In this document: positions 50,724-60,567 of the stretch, in pieces | Layout of the letters: each line of letters opens with the position of its first letter | Position numbering within the stretch: the first letter of the stretch is position 1 | Assembly (NCBI GenBank): GCA_018673485.1 | Contig: JABHCP010000005.1 | Location: forward strand, 102 to 64,101 | Direction: 5' to 3' | DNA: 64,000 nucleotides | Source of the DNA: Candidatus Uhrbacteria bacterium | GTDB taxonomy: Bacteria > Patescibacteriota > Patescibacteriia > UBA9934 | The notes under the pieces: generated by a model | Seen by the model: only the letters and a program-made list of their open reading frames with translations | Told to the model about the DNA's origin: nothing | Database searches by the model: none | Position numbers and translations under genes: made by a program

Positions 50724-50752
50724 AGGATACTCAAAAATGGAGTGTTTGTCAA
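50724..50752 (-). promoter_or_regulatory. promoter TTGACA-17-TATCCT
   Basis: Minus-strand reading ttgacaaacactccatttttgagtatcct. Confidence 0.5.
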
Positions 50753-50764
50753 TAGTTATTGGAG

Positions 50765-52903
50765 TTACAGAAACAACCTAACCAACCGTAGCTCGTCGTA
50801 GGTGTATTTTTCTTTTAGATGTTTGTGTATAGATGTCAGGGTTGCGAATTTTGTTGCTTTGAAGGCTTTTTGGATTTCTTTGAATTGGGGTTCTGCTGGT
50901 TTTATGTGGTCAATGTTGGAGATTTTATTTGTGTAGAGGAGTTTTTCTATGTGCTGGATGATTGTGCCTTGGGTTAGTCCGCGTTGCTGTGCCATTTCTT
51001 CTACTGTGAGCTTTTGATCGAATAGGGACTTGGTTTCGTCGAGTGTGGCACTTGATCGGCTGGGTTTGTTGCTTGTGCGTGGTGAGGCTCGCGTGGGAAT
51101 TGGTTTTTCTTCTAGTTGGTTTTCAGATACGTGCGCTGCGATGCATTTAAGAAATTCTTCTCCAAAGGATTCGAGCTTCCGCGTTCCTACTCCGAATATA
51201 TTTGAAAGGGCATCAAGTGTTGATGGGAAATAGTAGGCCATCTCGTGCAGTGTTCTGTCGCCGAAGATGATAAATGGTGGAACGTCTTGTTCGTCTGCAA
51301 TCTCTTTACGTATAGCTCGTAATTTATCAAATGCTTCGACGTCGTATTCGAGTTTGGACTCAGACGCTCGCACTGACTTAGTTTTTTGAGCGTTTGAAAC
51401 TGGTAGCAAAATTGGATTATCGCTTTGCAGTGCTTGCTTTCCTTTTGAGCTTACTCGTAGGGTGGGGTAGTCACCGGTGTTTTGTTCTAAGAACCCTAGC
51501 TTCTTTAGTGCCTGCAGATATTCTCGCAGGGTGGTCATTGGGACGCTTTGGGCAATGCCGTGGACTGAAAGTTTGTTGTGACCGAGCTCTAAGATTCTTT
51601 TTTTGTTCGACCCTCGCAAAACATCACAAATGTGCGCTACTCCAAATCGCTCGCCGGTTCGCAAAACTGCAGAGAGAATTTTTTTTGATATTTCTGTAGC
51701 GTCAGAGTGCTCAACGTCAGGCGTAACGCAATTATCGCACGCATCACACGTGGGTTCACTTCGATTCTCACCAAAATAGTCTAGAAGATAGGTACGTCGG
51801 CACGCGTCGCTTTGACAGTAGTCCACTATGTTGTCGAGTTTGTTGATCGCCAGCTTCTTCTCATTGGGATTTGAAATGTGGTTGATGAAGTATTCCTGCT
51901 TTCGGCGATCTGCGTATGAATAGAAAAGAATACACTCACTGGGGAGCCCGTCTCTGCCTGCACGTCCGGTTTCTTGGTAGTATCCTTCAACAGTTTTTGG
52001 AATGTCCATGTGTACGACCAAGCGCACATCAGGTTTATCGATTCCCATTCCAAACGCAATCGTGGCAACGATGATTGGGGCCTCGTCGCGAATGAATTTT
52101 TCTTGAGTTTGTATTCTTAAATCTTTGGAGAGCCCGGCGTGGTAGGGTAGTGCCTTGAGTCCAGCGTGTGATAATTCTATGGCAGTTCTTTCTGTGTCCT
52201 TTCGTGAGAAACAGTAGATTATTGCTGACTTTTCTTTTTGGGATTGCAAAAGTTCTGTGAGTTGCGAGAATGCATTGAACTTGGAACGAACAGTGTAGTG
52301 AAGATTCTCGCGATTGAAGCTTGATACAAATGGTGGTGTATCAGTTATTTTGAGTTGATCAATAATATCTTCTTGCACGCGCGGGGTCGCAGTTGCTGTT
52401 AAGGCAATGACTGGTGCATTGGAGAATTTTTCACGCAGGGTATGAAGGTTGCGGTACTCTGGACGAAAATCATGACCCCATTCAGAAATACAGTGAGCTT
52501 CATCGATTGCTAGAAGCGATATGTTTAAGGTGTCTAAAAAATCAGAGAACCCACTTGAGCTAAGTCGCTCTGGTGCAAGGTAGAGAATCTTTAAATCCCC
52601 TGAACCGGCGCGTTCCATTACATCACGCTGTTGTTTTGCGGTCAGCGAGCTATTTATAAAAGCAGCGGAAATTCCATTAGCACATAATGCGTCAACTTGG
52701 TCTTTCATCAAGGCAATAAGTGGCGATACCACAAGTGTGATCCCAGGAAGTACGAGCGCTGGGAGTTGAAAACACAAAGATTTTCCACCACCGGTCGGCA
52801 TTAGGACAAGCGCATCTTGCCCTGCAAGTACGGTGTCGATAATTTCTCTTTGCAGTGGACGAAATGAATCGTATCCAAAGTGATTTTTTAAAAGTTTAAG
52901 CAT
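50765..52903 (-). CDS. recQ: ATP-dependent DNA helicase RecQ
   Basis: DEAH-box helicase motifs (LMPTGGGKSLCFQLPA, DEAH, TATAT), RecQ zinc-binding/WH region, C-terminal HRDC. Confidence 0.9.
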   Translation of the reverse strand: MLKLLKNHFGYDSFRPLQREIIDTVLAGQDALVLMPTGGGKSLCFQLPALVLPGITLVVSPLIALMKDQVDALCANGISAAFINSSLTAKQQRDVMERAGSGDLKILYLAPERLSSSGFSDFLDTLNISLLAIDEAHCISEWGHDFRPEYRNLHTLREKFSNAPVIALTATATPRVQEDIIDQLKITDTPPFVSSFNRENLHYTVRSKFNAFSQLTELLQSQKEKSAIIYCFSRKDTERTAIELSHAGLKALPYHAGLSKDLRIQTQEKFIRDEAPIIVATIAFGMGIDKPDVRLVVHMDIPKTVEGYYQETGRAGRDGLPSECILFYSYADRRKQEYFINHISNPNEKKLAINKLDNIVDYCQSDACRRTYLLDYFGENRSEPTCDACDNCVTPDVEHSDATEISKKILSAVLRTGERFGVAHICDVLRGSNKKRILELGHNKLSVHGIAQSVPMTTLREYLQALKKLGFLEQNTGDYPTLRVSSKGKQALQSDNPILLPVSNAQKTKSVRASESKLEYDVEAFDKLRAIRKEIADEQDVPPFIIFGDRTLHEMAYYFPSTLDALSNIFGVGTRKLESFGEEFLKCIAAHVSENQLEEKPIPTRASPRTSNKPSRSSATLDETKSLFDQKLTVEEMAQQRGLTQGTIIQHIEKLLYTNKISNIDHIKPAEPQFKEIQKAFKATKFATLTSIHKHLKEKYTYDELRLVRLFL

Positions 52904-53139
52904 AGGAAGGGTGGTAGAAGGGGTATACGCCTATCGGCGTAGTGGTATAAGGGGTAGAGGAGGAGGGAATTGAATTCGATCGAATTTTTATCTCGAATTC
53001 CTGAAGGAGTGAGAGATCTTCTGATAATAGGGAATAAAAAAACTCGGCTCGTCGCCGTGTTTTCTTGCACACAATTTCTAAATTGAGTGTAACGATTTCA
53101 AAGCGTCTTGTCAAACGGGAAAGTTTAAAGTGTTGGAGC

Positions 53140-53258
53140 TGTTTAAAGTGTTTGCTTCGAAATAAACATTTTAAACAAGTAAAGGCACAGCCTTTACGAT
53201 TCAACATTTTAAACCTTCCCTCAAAAGCACAATCACCCCGAACGAGTCGGGGTGTGAG
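53140..53258. repeat. ~115-nt 3'-flank repeat module R5 (TGTTTAAA-type AT-rich segment, aaaggcNNNgccttt hairpin, GC terminator hairpin)
   Basis: Aligns base-for-base (~80%) with 57575-57693. Confidence 0.7.
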
Positions 53259-53277
53259 TCGGCGCGGGTCGCACCGA

Positions 53278-53538
53278 TCAGGCGCTAGGACGGTGGACCT
53301 GGGCCGAGGCGTGGCTGAGCTCCATGACCAGTTCGGACAGATTTCTGGCGATGCAGTTCATGCCACCGCGCGCGGTGTGGCGCAGGGTGAGTACCTTTCC
53401 GCTGGGGCTCCGCGCCATGACTCGCTTGTTGCCACTGGGCAGCTTTTCGGTATCGATGACATCCCAGCGGTGACCATTGCAGTCGATGAGGGTGTCGGTA
53501 GGTTGCAGAGCTTCGAATTCTTGCTGACTGATCGTCAC
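53278..53538 (-). CDS. small hypothetical protein (high-GC islet), GTG start
   Basis: GGAGA Shine-Dalgarno; 86 aa. Confidence 0.4.
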   Translation of the reverse strand: MTISQQEFEALQPTDTLIDCNGHRWDVIDTEKLPSGNKRVMARSPSGKVLTLRHTARGGMNCIARNLSELVMELSHASAQVHRPSA

Positions 53539-53591
53539 AGTATCTCCAGTACTAGCTGACCAATGCTAGGCGGGTCAGGAATTGACACTGC

Positions 53592-53620
53592 AGACTAGCA
53601 TTTTTAAGTGAGTATGTCAA
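53592..53620 (-). promoter_or_regulatory. promoter TTGACA-17-TAGTCT
   Basis: Minus-strand reading ttgacatactcacttaaaaatgctagtct. Confidence 0.45.
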
Positions 53621-53661
53621 TGCTGTTATATTCCATGGCATCGTGTTAGAATAATCTTGTT

Positions 53662-54000
53662 GTGAAAACGTTAAGACTTCTTACAATTTCAATTATAGCC
53701 TTGGGCTTTTTATTCCACGCACCGTTGCAGTGGGGTTCTGTGTTTGTGCATGCACAAGATGATATGGAGATGGACATGGGAATGGACCATGAGGCGGCAC
53801 AAGAGTGCTTGGAGCATTGTATGAGTCAGGCGTCGCAGATGGCTGATCATCCAGAGTTTTCAGTTCCAGCTGTTGCGGCCTTGCTTGACGCTATAGCAGA
53901 AGTTCACGAAGAAGTTCAACTTTCAAATTTTGAGTTACCCGATGATCAGGCACCACCTGGCGATCAGGTACGTCTTTTAACAATCCAAAAACGCGAATAG
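53662..54000 (+). CDS. secreted Met/His-rich protein (putative periplasmic copper-binding)
   Basis: Signal peptide; MEMDMGMDHE motif. Confidence 0.5.
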   Translation: MKTLRLLTISIIALGFLFHAPLQWGSVFVHAQDDMEMDMGMDHEAAQECLEHCMSQASQMADHPEFSVPAVAALLDAIAEVHEEVQLSNFELPDDQAPPGDQVRLLTIQKRE

Positions 54001-54052
54001 GCGTAAGTACTTTTTTTCTGGAGAGAGATTTAAGTATTTATGTTTTTTTATT

Positions 54053-55405
54053 ATGGCAAAAACCAAATCGTTCCAGCTTGATGGAACATCGTGCGCAAGT
54101 TGTGAAATCATAATTGAGCGCGAACTTACAAAGATGCCGCAGATTCGATCTGCTAACGCATCGCATACAAAACAACTATTAACTGTGAATCTTGAAGAAG
54201 GTGAGGACATCAGTCCCGAGGACTTTGAGCCTATCTTGGCAGAACACGGATACGCGGTAGTTGATCGCAAAAAGAATAAAACCGATAAGATCGAGTCGCC
54301 TCAAAAGTTCAACTGGACATACGTTGCCGGAGTGATCATTGTGATCATTGGACTTTATGTGATTCTAAAGCGAACTGGGATATTCCTGCTTTCTCCAAAC
54401 GTTGAGGAGGTCAGTGGAATGATGGGAGTGTTTGTGATCGGATTGATTGCTGCGTTTTCATCTTGCACTGCCGTGTTGGGAGGGCTGATCACAGCAGTCT
54501 CGGCATCTGTCGCTAAGCGTGGAGGGTCGCTCACCAAAGAGCAGAAAATGCGACCACATTATTTGTTTAACATCGGTCGTATAGTTGGGTTTCTAATCTT
54601 TGGTGCAATTATTGGTTGGATCGGTCAGTCTATTCAGCTCTCGGTTACAGCCAACGGCATGTTTATTCTCGTAATCGCGATAGTGATGATTGGCTTGGGA
54701 GTCAATCTTCTTAATCTGTGGCCAAAGGGTGCGTTCAATATCGCGCCACCAAAGTGGCTCTCACATAAGATTCACGATTTAAGTAGTTCTCATCACCCGG
54801 CAGTGCCCGCAACGCTTGGTGCGTTGACCTTCTTCTTACCCTGCGGATTCACGCAAGCGATGCAGTTGTTCGCATTGTCACTCGGTGATCCAAAATCGTC
54901 AGCTATTGTAATGGGAGTGTTTGCGCTTGGAACTGTCCCAGCACTTTTAGGAATCGGATGGATCACATCGACTTCCAGGGGTAGGGTTTTGAAACAAATT
55001 ACCAGCGTTGCAGGTGTGCTTGTGCTTTTGCTTGGAATGAGTAACTTAGAAAATGGATTAACTCTTTTGGATATGCATCCGAGTTCGATGTTTGTAAATG
55101 CGCAAGTTGAGGTTGGTGACATTGTGTACGATGATGAGTATCAAGTTATTAAGATGAATGTGACTTCAGCCGGTACGTATCAGCCGAGCACGTTGAGTGT
55201 TGTGAAAGATGTGCCAGTACGCTGGGAAATTGAAGGCGCTGATTTTATGGGATGCGCTAATTCATTAATTCTCTCTGCTTTTGGAGTGAGGGAATATTTG
55301 TACCCAGGTGAAAATGTAGTTGAGTTCACTCCAACTAAAACCGGGCAGTTCACGTTTAGCTGTTCCATGGGAATGGTACGCGGTACAATGAATGTAATAG
55401 AATAA
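54053..55405 (+). CDS. membrane protein with N-terminal heavy-metal-associated domain and C-terminal cupredoxin-like Cu-binding domain
   Basis: GTSCASCE HMA-like motif; 6 TM segments with paired Cys; C-terminal FSCSMGM. Confidence 0.65.
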   Translation: MAKTKSFQLDGTSCASCEIIIERELTKMPQIRSANASHTKQLLTVNLEEGEDISPEDFEPILAEHGYAVVDRKKNKTDKIESPQKFNWTYVAGVIIVIIGLYVILKRTGIFLLSPNVEEVSGMMGVFVIGLIAAFSSCTAVLGGLITAVSASVAKRGGSLTKEQKMRPHYLFNIGRIVGFLIFGAIIGWIGQSIQLSVTANGMFILVIAIVMIGLGVNLLNLWPKGAFNIAPPKWLSHKIHDLSSSHHPAVPATLGALTFFLPCGFTQAMQLFALSLGDPKSSAIVMGVFALGTVPALLGIGWITSTSRGRVLKQITSVAGVLVLLLGMSNLENGLTLLDMHPSSMFVNAQVEVGDIVYDDEYQVIKMNVTSAGTYQPSTLSVVKDVPVRWEIEGADFMGCANSLILSAFGVREYLYPGENVVEFTPTKTGQFTFSCSMGMVRGTMNVIE

Positions 55406-55420
55406 TCAAAGAATGAGAAT

Positions 55421-57565
55421 ATGAAAAAAACAACAATAAAAATTCAGGGCATGCATTGCGCATCGTGCGCTACAAATATTTCGCATGCTTTGGAAAAAGA
55501 AGAAGGAGTTAAATCAGCGAACGTTAATTATGCACTTGAAGAAGGGCAGGTGGAATTTGATGACGCGAAAATAAGTGTCGAGAAGATTCACGGGTCGATT
55601 AAAGATCAGGGCTATTCGATCAGTGGTATGGATCATGGTGATGGTCACGATCATGGAGATGAGAAAAGTGTAATGCATAGTGTGATTATTTCAGCTGTGT
55701 TTGCTGTGCCAGCGTTTGTCTTGGCGATGTTCATGATTGATATTCCAGTTACGATTTCTGGTATCGGACTTTCGATTTGGATTCAGGCAATATTTACAAC
55801 GGTTGTGGTGCTCTGGCCTGGTATGCAGTTTCACAAAGCAGCCATTGGTCAGCTCAAGCGCATGCAGGCAAGTATGGATACGCTGATTTCCATGGGAACA
55901 AGCGTGGCGCTAGTGTTTAGTTGGTATCAGATGTTTATTGGCGGCGAGGTGTACTTTGAAACTGCGGCCGTCATTACTACGTTTATTCTTTTGGGAAGAT
56001 ATTTGGAAGCAAAGAGTAAGGGTAAGGCAAGTGAGGCAGTTTCGAAATTGCTAGAGCTTGGCGCTAAGTCCGCGCATTTAATCCAATCAGATGGGCAGAT
56101 CAAAGAAGTGTCGATCGAACTTTTGAAAGTTGGTGACAATGTACTTGTGCGTCCTGGAGAAAAGATTCCACTCGATGGAATTGTAGTTAAGGGCAATTCA
56201 GTTATTGATGAATCAATGCTGACAGGGGAGAGTGTGCCGATTCACAAGCAAGAAGGCGAGCTTGTGTATGGCGCGACGGTTAATCAACAAGGATCACTAA
56301 CAATCGAAGTACAAAAACTTTCAGCAGACACAGCTTTGGCGCAAATTGCACGGCTCGTGAAAGAAGCTCAACAACATAAGGCACCAATGCAGAAGTTGGC
56401 TGACAGTATTGCGGGTGTGTTTGTTCCAGTTGTCGCAGCTATCGCAATTTTGGTTGGTGTGATTTGGTTCTTTATTACTGGCGAGCTCAACGAGTCATTG
56501 ATTCCTGCGGTCGCAGTGTTGGTTATTGCTTGCCCGTGCGCTTTGGGGCTTGCAACTCCAACTGCAATTCTTGTTGGAACAGGGCGAGGTGCCAAAGAGG
56601 GCATATTGATTAAAAATGGAGAGGCACTTGAGCGTGGTCGTAATTTAGATGTGATCATGTTTGATAAAACTGGTACGTTGACTATTGGCAAGCCAGTTGT
56701 GACAGATGCGATATCAAAGGATCAAGATTTTTACACAATTTGTGCGTCACTTGAGTACCACTCCGAACATCCGCTTGCGCGCGCTATTGTAAATTACTCA
56801 CAAGAGCAGGGAGGTGAGGTGAAAGAGATCGAGAATTTTCAATCGATTGCGGGTAAAGGTGTAGAGGGATTGCTCGACAGGAAATTGGTCAGAATCGGAA
56901 GCCCAGCATTCATGCATCAGAGCGGATCAATCGATCACGAATATGTCGATGCGATCGAAAGGTTGCAGGATGAGGCTAAGACCGTGGTGCTTGTTTCGAT
57001 CGAAGATAAGATTATCGGATTACTTGCCATTGCTGACGCTCCAAAGGAAAATGCAGCTCAGACGGTAAAGCAACTTAAAGAGCTTGGACTCGAGGTGATG
57101 ATAATCACAGGTGACAATAAGCGAACCGCTATGGCGATTGCGAAGAAGTTAGGAATTGAACAAGTTGAGGCTGAGGTTTTACCTGATAAAAAGTTGGAGA
57201 TTGTGAAAGCGGCACAAGCCAAGGGTAAGCATGTTGCTTTTGCAGGTGATGGTATTAATGATGCGCCGGCTTTAACTCAAGCAGACTTAGGTATCGCGAT
57301 TGGATCCGGAACCGATATTGCAATTGAGGCCGGGCAGATTGTGCTGGTAGGTGGTGGACCCGAGAAAATCTATAATGCAATCATGCTGGCGCGACAAACG
57401 TATAAAACTATTCGACAGAATTTATTCTGGGCGTTTTTCTACAACGTAATCGCAATACCACTAGCAGCACTCGGCCTACTAAATCCTATGATTGCCGCCG
57501 CCGCCATGGCATTCTCATCAATATCAGTTGTATTGAATTCACTGAGGTTGAGGAAGAGGGTTTAA
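55421..57565 (+). CDS. copA: copper-translocating P-type ATPase
   Basis: [11 protein letters not shown]; CPC motif ([11 protein letters not shown]); DKTGTLT; GDGINDAP. Confidence 0.9.
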   Translation: MKKTTIKIQGMHCASCATNISHALEKEEGVKSANVNYALEEGQVEFDDAKISVEKIHGSIKDQGYSISGMDHGDGHDHGDEKSVMHSVIISAVFAVPAFVLAMFMIDIPVTISGIGLSIWIQAIFTTVVVLWPGMQFHKAAIGQLKRMQASMDTLISMGTSVALVFSWYQMFIGGEVYFETAAVITTFILLGRYLEAKSKGKASEAVSKLLELGAKSAHLIQSDGQIKEVSIELLKVGDNVLVRPGEKIPLDGIVVKGNSVIDESMLTGESVPIHKQEGELVYGATVNQQGSLTIEVQKLSADTALAQIARLVKEAQQHKAPMQKLADSIAGVFVPVVAAIAILVGVIWFFITGELNESLIPAVAVLVIACPCALGLATPTAILVGTGRGAKEGILIKNGEALERGRNLDVIMFDKTGTLTIGKPVVTDAISKDQDFYTICASLEYHSEHPLARAIVNYSQEQGGEVKEIENFQSIAGKGVEGLLDRKLVRIGSPAFMHQSGSIDHEYVDAIERLQDEAKTVVLVSIEDKIIGLLAIADAPKENAAQTVKQLKELGLEVMIITGDNKRTAMAIAKKLGIEQVEAEVLPDKKLEIVKAAQAKGKHVAFAGDGINDAPALTQADLGIAIGSGTDIAIEAGQIVLVGGGPEKIYNAIMLARQTYKTIRQNLFWAFFYNVIAIPLAALGLLNPMIAAAAMAFSSISVVLNSLRLRKRV

Positions 57566-57574
57566 ATTGTTGAA

Positions 57575-57693
57575 GATGTTTAAAGTGTTTACGTCGAAAT
57601 AAACATTTAAACAAGCAAAGGCGGTGCCTTTGCGATTAAACACTTAAACATTGCATAAAAGCACAGACGCCCCGACCAATGGTCGGGGCGTTT
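57575..57693. repeat. ~115-nt 3'-flank repeat module R6
   Basis: Homolog of R5; its GC hairpin gccccgacc...ggtcggggc terminates the minus gene 57713-58912. Confidence 0.7.
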
Positions 57694-57712
57694 AAGGTAG
57701 CACACGAGGGCA

Positions 57713-58912
57713 CTAGTCTTCGTCTTCGAGGTACATGCTCTTATTGTCGTCAGCACCGATACGTTTGCCGGCTGTCGGGCGTTGCGGTGTTAACTTACGC
57801 GTGCGTACCGGTTGGGTGGCCTTCACGATGAACTTGTCACCTCGCTCCATCACAGTGGGAATTTCTGGCTGATCAACATCACGTGTCGCACTGGGCGACA
57901 CGACTATGCCAATGCCTTTTGGCGGCGGCGGCGGTGCTACATTTGCCGCTGCTTTACCTAAGCCAGCAGGTGCGCTGGTGCGTGGTGTTGGAGCACGCGC
58001 GACGGGAATGGAGATGCCATCATAGTCATCCATTCCTGGGCGGAATACGGTTACGGCGCCATCTCGCTTGAGTCGTCGACGCGAAATTCCCTCACTGACC
58101 CGGCTGTTCACGAATGCGACAGTGTCGCTGTCTCCTGGAGCTGGTTTGACACCAACCTCCATCATTCGTTGCGCAAAGCGGAGCTCGATGCGTCGGATCA
58201 GGCTCGAGAGAATGGTCTCGAATCTGGATGCAACGATTGCAATGTGATCATTTCCTACCCACAGGTCAGGTGGATCTCCCACAACCGTAGGTTTTTGGGG
58301 CGGGGGGTCAATGTCGACCGACAGCAATTGGCTGCAGACCTTGTAAAAGATCCAGTAGCCTGCCCACAGCAAGAGGTTGAACGGGTTTCGCTGTTTGCGT
58401 TGGTATGCTTCGATCTGCTTGTTTACTTCTTCGATGATCATGCACTGACCAAAGTAGAACATGGGCAGGATCTCGATGTAAGGGTATTCCTCTCCTCTAT
58501 GTCCAAATCGAAGGATAAACGCACTGCCACGGATCAGTGGTACGTGCTGGAGCATGTTGAGTGCTCGCTTTACTTCATCCATGATGGCGTCTTTGTTGTC
58601 CGGCTTCATGTCGATGGCATTGCGGATCTCGGGATCATTGGGCAGGATCTGCATCCGCCAAATGCACACAGTCTCGACTCTTGCATTTTCAGTGTTCTCT
58701 CGTTCGCTCCAACTTTCCAGCGTGAGGGCGATGGTGCAGCTGAATTCCGTCACACCCGCTTGCGAGTGCAGTAGAATTTTTTGCGCAACACCAGATGTGG
58801 GGCCGAACACATAGTGCTCTGTTGGGAATACCGGCGCTCCCTGGGTGATGATGTTGTGTACTCGCGGATGTCCGTCTTCGAGCAAATCGAATGCTTGGTG
58901 GATCGTGTCCAT
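57713..58912 (-). CDS. hypothetical protein (high-GC islet)
   Basis: 399 aa, ~60% GC; GAGGT Shine-Dalgarno. Confidence 0.55.
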   Translation of the reverse strand: MDTIHQAFDLLEDGHPRVHNIITQGAPVFPTEHYVFGPTSGVAQKILLHSQAGVTEFSCTIALTLESWSERENTENARVETVCIWRMQILPNDPEIRNAIDMKPDNKDAIMDEVKRALNMLQHVPLIRGSAFILRFGHRGEEYPYIEILPMFYFGQCMIIEEVNKQIEAYQRKQRNPFNLLLWAGYWIFYKVCSQLLSVDIDPPPQKPTVVGDPPDLWVGNDHIAIVASRFETILSSLIRRIELRFAQRMMEVGVKPAPGDSDTVAFVNSRVSEGISRRRLKRDGAVTVFRPGMDDYDGISIPVARAPTPRTSAPAGLGKAAANVAPPPPPKGIGIVVSPSATRDVDQPEIPTVMERGDKFIVKATQPVRTRKLTPQRPTAGKRIGADDNKSMYLEDED

Positions 58913-59083
58913 TGTGACCTCGGCGGTGAAGGGGCAGGTGTGAGCTAACTACAATTCATCATGTTTTTGGGGTTTTGTCTAGTTTATTTATTACACCATT
59001 CACCATCTCGACGCATCGGAGAGATCTTCTAGTCACGATCGAAACTAAGAGGATTTCTCCTGGACGTCGAAATGAGGAGTGAG

Positions 59084-59173
59084 AGTAAAAAGCAAAACAC
59101 CAACCAAGGGCAGTGGTGCACGCTTAGAGAGCGTGGCACTGCACCTGGTCGGCAGGTGGGGCGGGGAGTTGAG
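59084..59173 (-). repeat. ~90-nt intergenic structured repeat (copy 1) with two hairpins and TTTTGCTTTTT tail
   Basis: ~93% identical to 60175-60264; starts 4 nt after the stop of 59177-60079. Confidence 0.7.
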
Positions 59174-59176
59174 AGT

Positions 59177-60079
59177 CTAGCCCTCGGTGGGCTCGGGCGT
59201 GAGCCACTGGCCCGGGAACATGTCCGCGATCTGCTGAGCTCGGCGCAGTCTGTTGCTGGTCATGTTGTGCAGGAAGTTGGCGAGGTGCTTGTCCATGATG
59301 GTTTGGTAGCGTTGCCCGGAGCGCATGCACATGTACTTACCAATGAGGCCATGGAACTGGGTAAGCACCAGAACAGTATCGCACAGATCTCGGTGGCCGT
59401 GCAGGTGACCGATCGGCGTGTGTCCTGAGCTGTAGTTGTGCATGCGGTGCAATTGGAGAAGTGCGTTCTCGTTAGCGCTGTAGGACATCTGACTGTCACT
59501 GAGCGCAAGCTGAGCCATCTCACCGAGGCAGCCAAGTTCTTCGGTAGGCAGGAAACGCACTCTCAGCAGCGTACCTTGGGCGAGTCGGAGCATGAGCGGG
59601 TGTTGGGGTGGAAGGGCATCGAAGTGCATGCGTGCGCATTCCATAAGCTGATCGGACAGCTGCATGGGGCTGTTGAGGATCTGGATCCACAGGCGTTTCC
59701 ATGCTTGCAACATAAGTGCGAGATCGCTGTTGATGCTATGCAATACTGGGTCGCAGAGCTCGGCAAACCGAGCCATGTATGTTGCTGGCTTGGGGCCACA
59801 TTTGGATGTCATTATGATACCCTTGCCGTCATTGGATAAGGCCGCGGTGTACGTGGTGTCGTACATGAGAACATTCTGCTCGCGCAGGACTTCGAGCTGG
59901 TCGATCAAGTCATCGTGGCCAGGGAGTTGACCCGGGCAGAGCTTTTGTTCCAAGCCGATCTCGGGGATCTCCAGAACGACGTGGCCTGGCCCTACGATGG
60001 TGATCCGCAGGCTCGCACGCACGTTGTGGATGTCGCCGGTAAGCTGGTCGATGAGCTCCCAGGGCGTTGCGCTTTTCAT
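59177..60079 (-). CDS. calcineurin-like metallophosphoesterase (high-GC islet)
   Basis: Motif order GDIHN ... ANEN ... GHLHGH; start at MKSATPW with a GGAGA Shine-Dalgarno. Confidence 0.5.
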   Translation of the reverse strand: MKSATPWELIDQLTGDIHNVRASLRITIVGPGHVVLEIPEIGLEQKLCPGQLPGHDDLIDQLEVLREQNVLMYDTTYTAALSNDGKGIIMTSKCGPKPATYMARFAELCDPVLHSINSDLALMLQAWKRLWIQILNSPMQLSDQLMECARMHFDALPPQHPLMLRLAQGTLLRVRFLPTEELGCLGEMAQLALSDSQMSYSANENALLQLHRMHNYSSGHTPIGHLHGHRDLCDTVLVLTQFHGLIGKYMCMRSGQRYQTIMDKHLANFLHNMTSNRLRRAQQIADMFPGQWLTPEPTEG

Positions 60080-60140
60080 GATGTTCTCCGTGTGAGGGGA
60101 CGCTTCTTGTAAGAGTAGAGATACTCGGAAAGAAGGCATT

Positions 60141-60169
60141 AGATTAGCCTGTTTTGCCCGCGAGGTCAA
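60141..60169 (-). promoter_or_regulatory. promoter TTGACC-17-TAATCT
   Basis: Minus-strand reading ttgacctcgcgggcaaaacaggctaatct. Confidence 0.45.
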
Positions 60170-60174
60170 TAGTG

Positions 60175-60264
60175 AGTTAGAAAGCAAAACACCGACCAAG
60201 GGCAGTGGTGCACGCTTAGAGAGCGTGGCACTGCACCTGGTCGGCAGGTGGGGCGAGAGTTGAG
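60175..60264 (-). repeat. ~90-nt intergenic structured repeat (copy 2)
   Basis: Directly abuts the stop of 60265-60459. Confidence 0.7.
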
Positions 60265-60459
60265 CTAGGCCGCAGCTCCCTTGGCGTCGTTGATACCGGT
60301 GGTGTCGGGGTCGACGAAGAAAGCCTCGGGGCCTCCTTTGCCGTCGCAGTGGCAGTCCTGCACCTGAGCGTCGAGCTCGGCGTCGATGGTCTGGGGGTTG
60401 GTGGGGCTGGGCTCGACCAGGTTGGCGAGCTCGTGTCGTGAGAGCTTGGTAGGGCTCAT
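60265..60459 (-). CDS. small hypothetical protein (high-GC)
   Basis: 64 aa; Shine-Dalgarno present. Confidence 0.35.
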   Translation of the reverse strand: MSPTKLSRHELANLVEPSPTNPQTIDAELDAQVQDCHCDGKGGPEAFFVDPDTTGINDAKGAAA

Positions 60460-60567
60460 TTTACACTCCGTGCTGTGGTGAAGGGGCCCGCGACTGTGCC
60501 ATAAATATCGAGTTTCGTCAATGCCTTGACTGTATACTGCCTACCGCCTACTGTATACTGTAATTAT

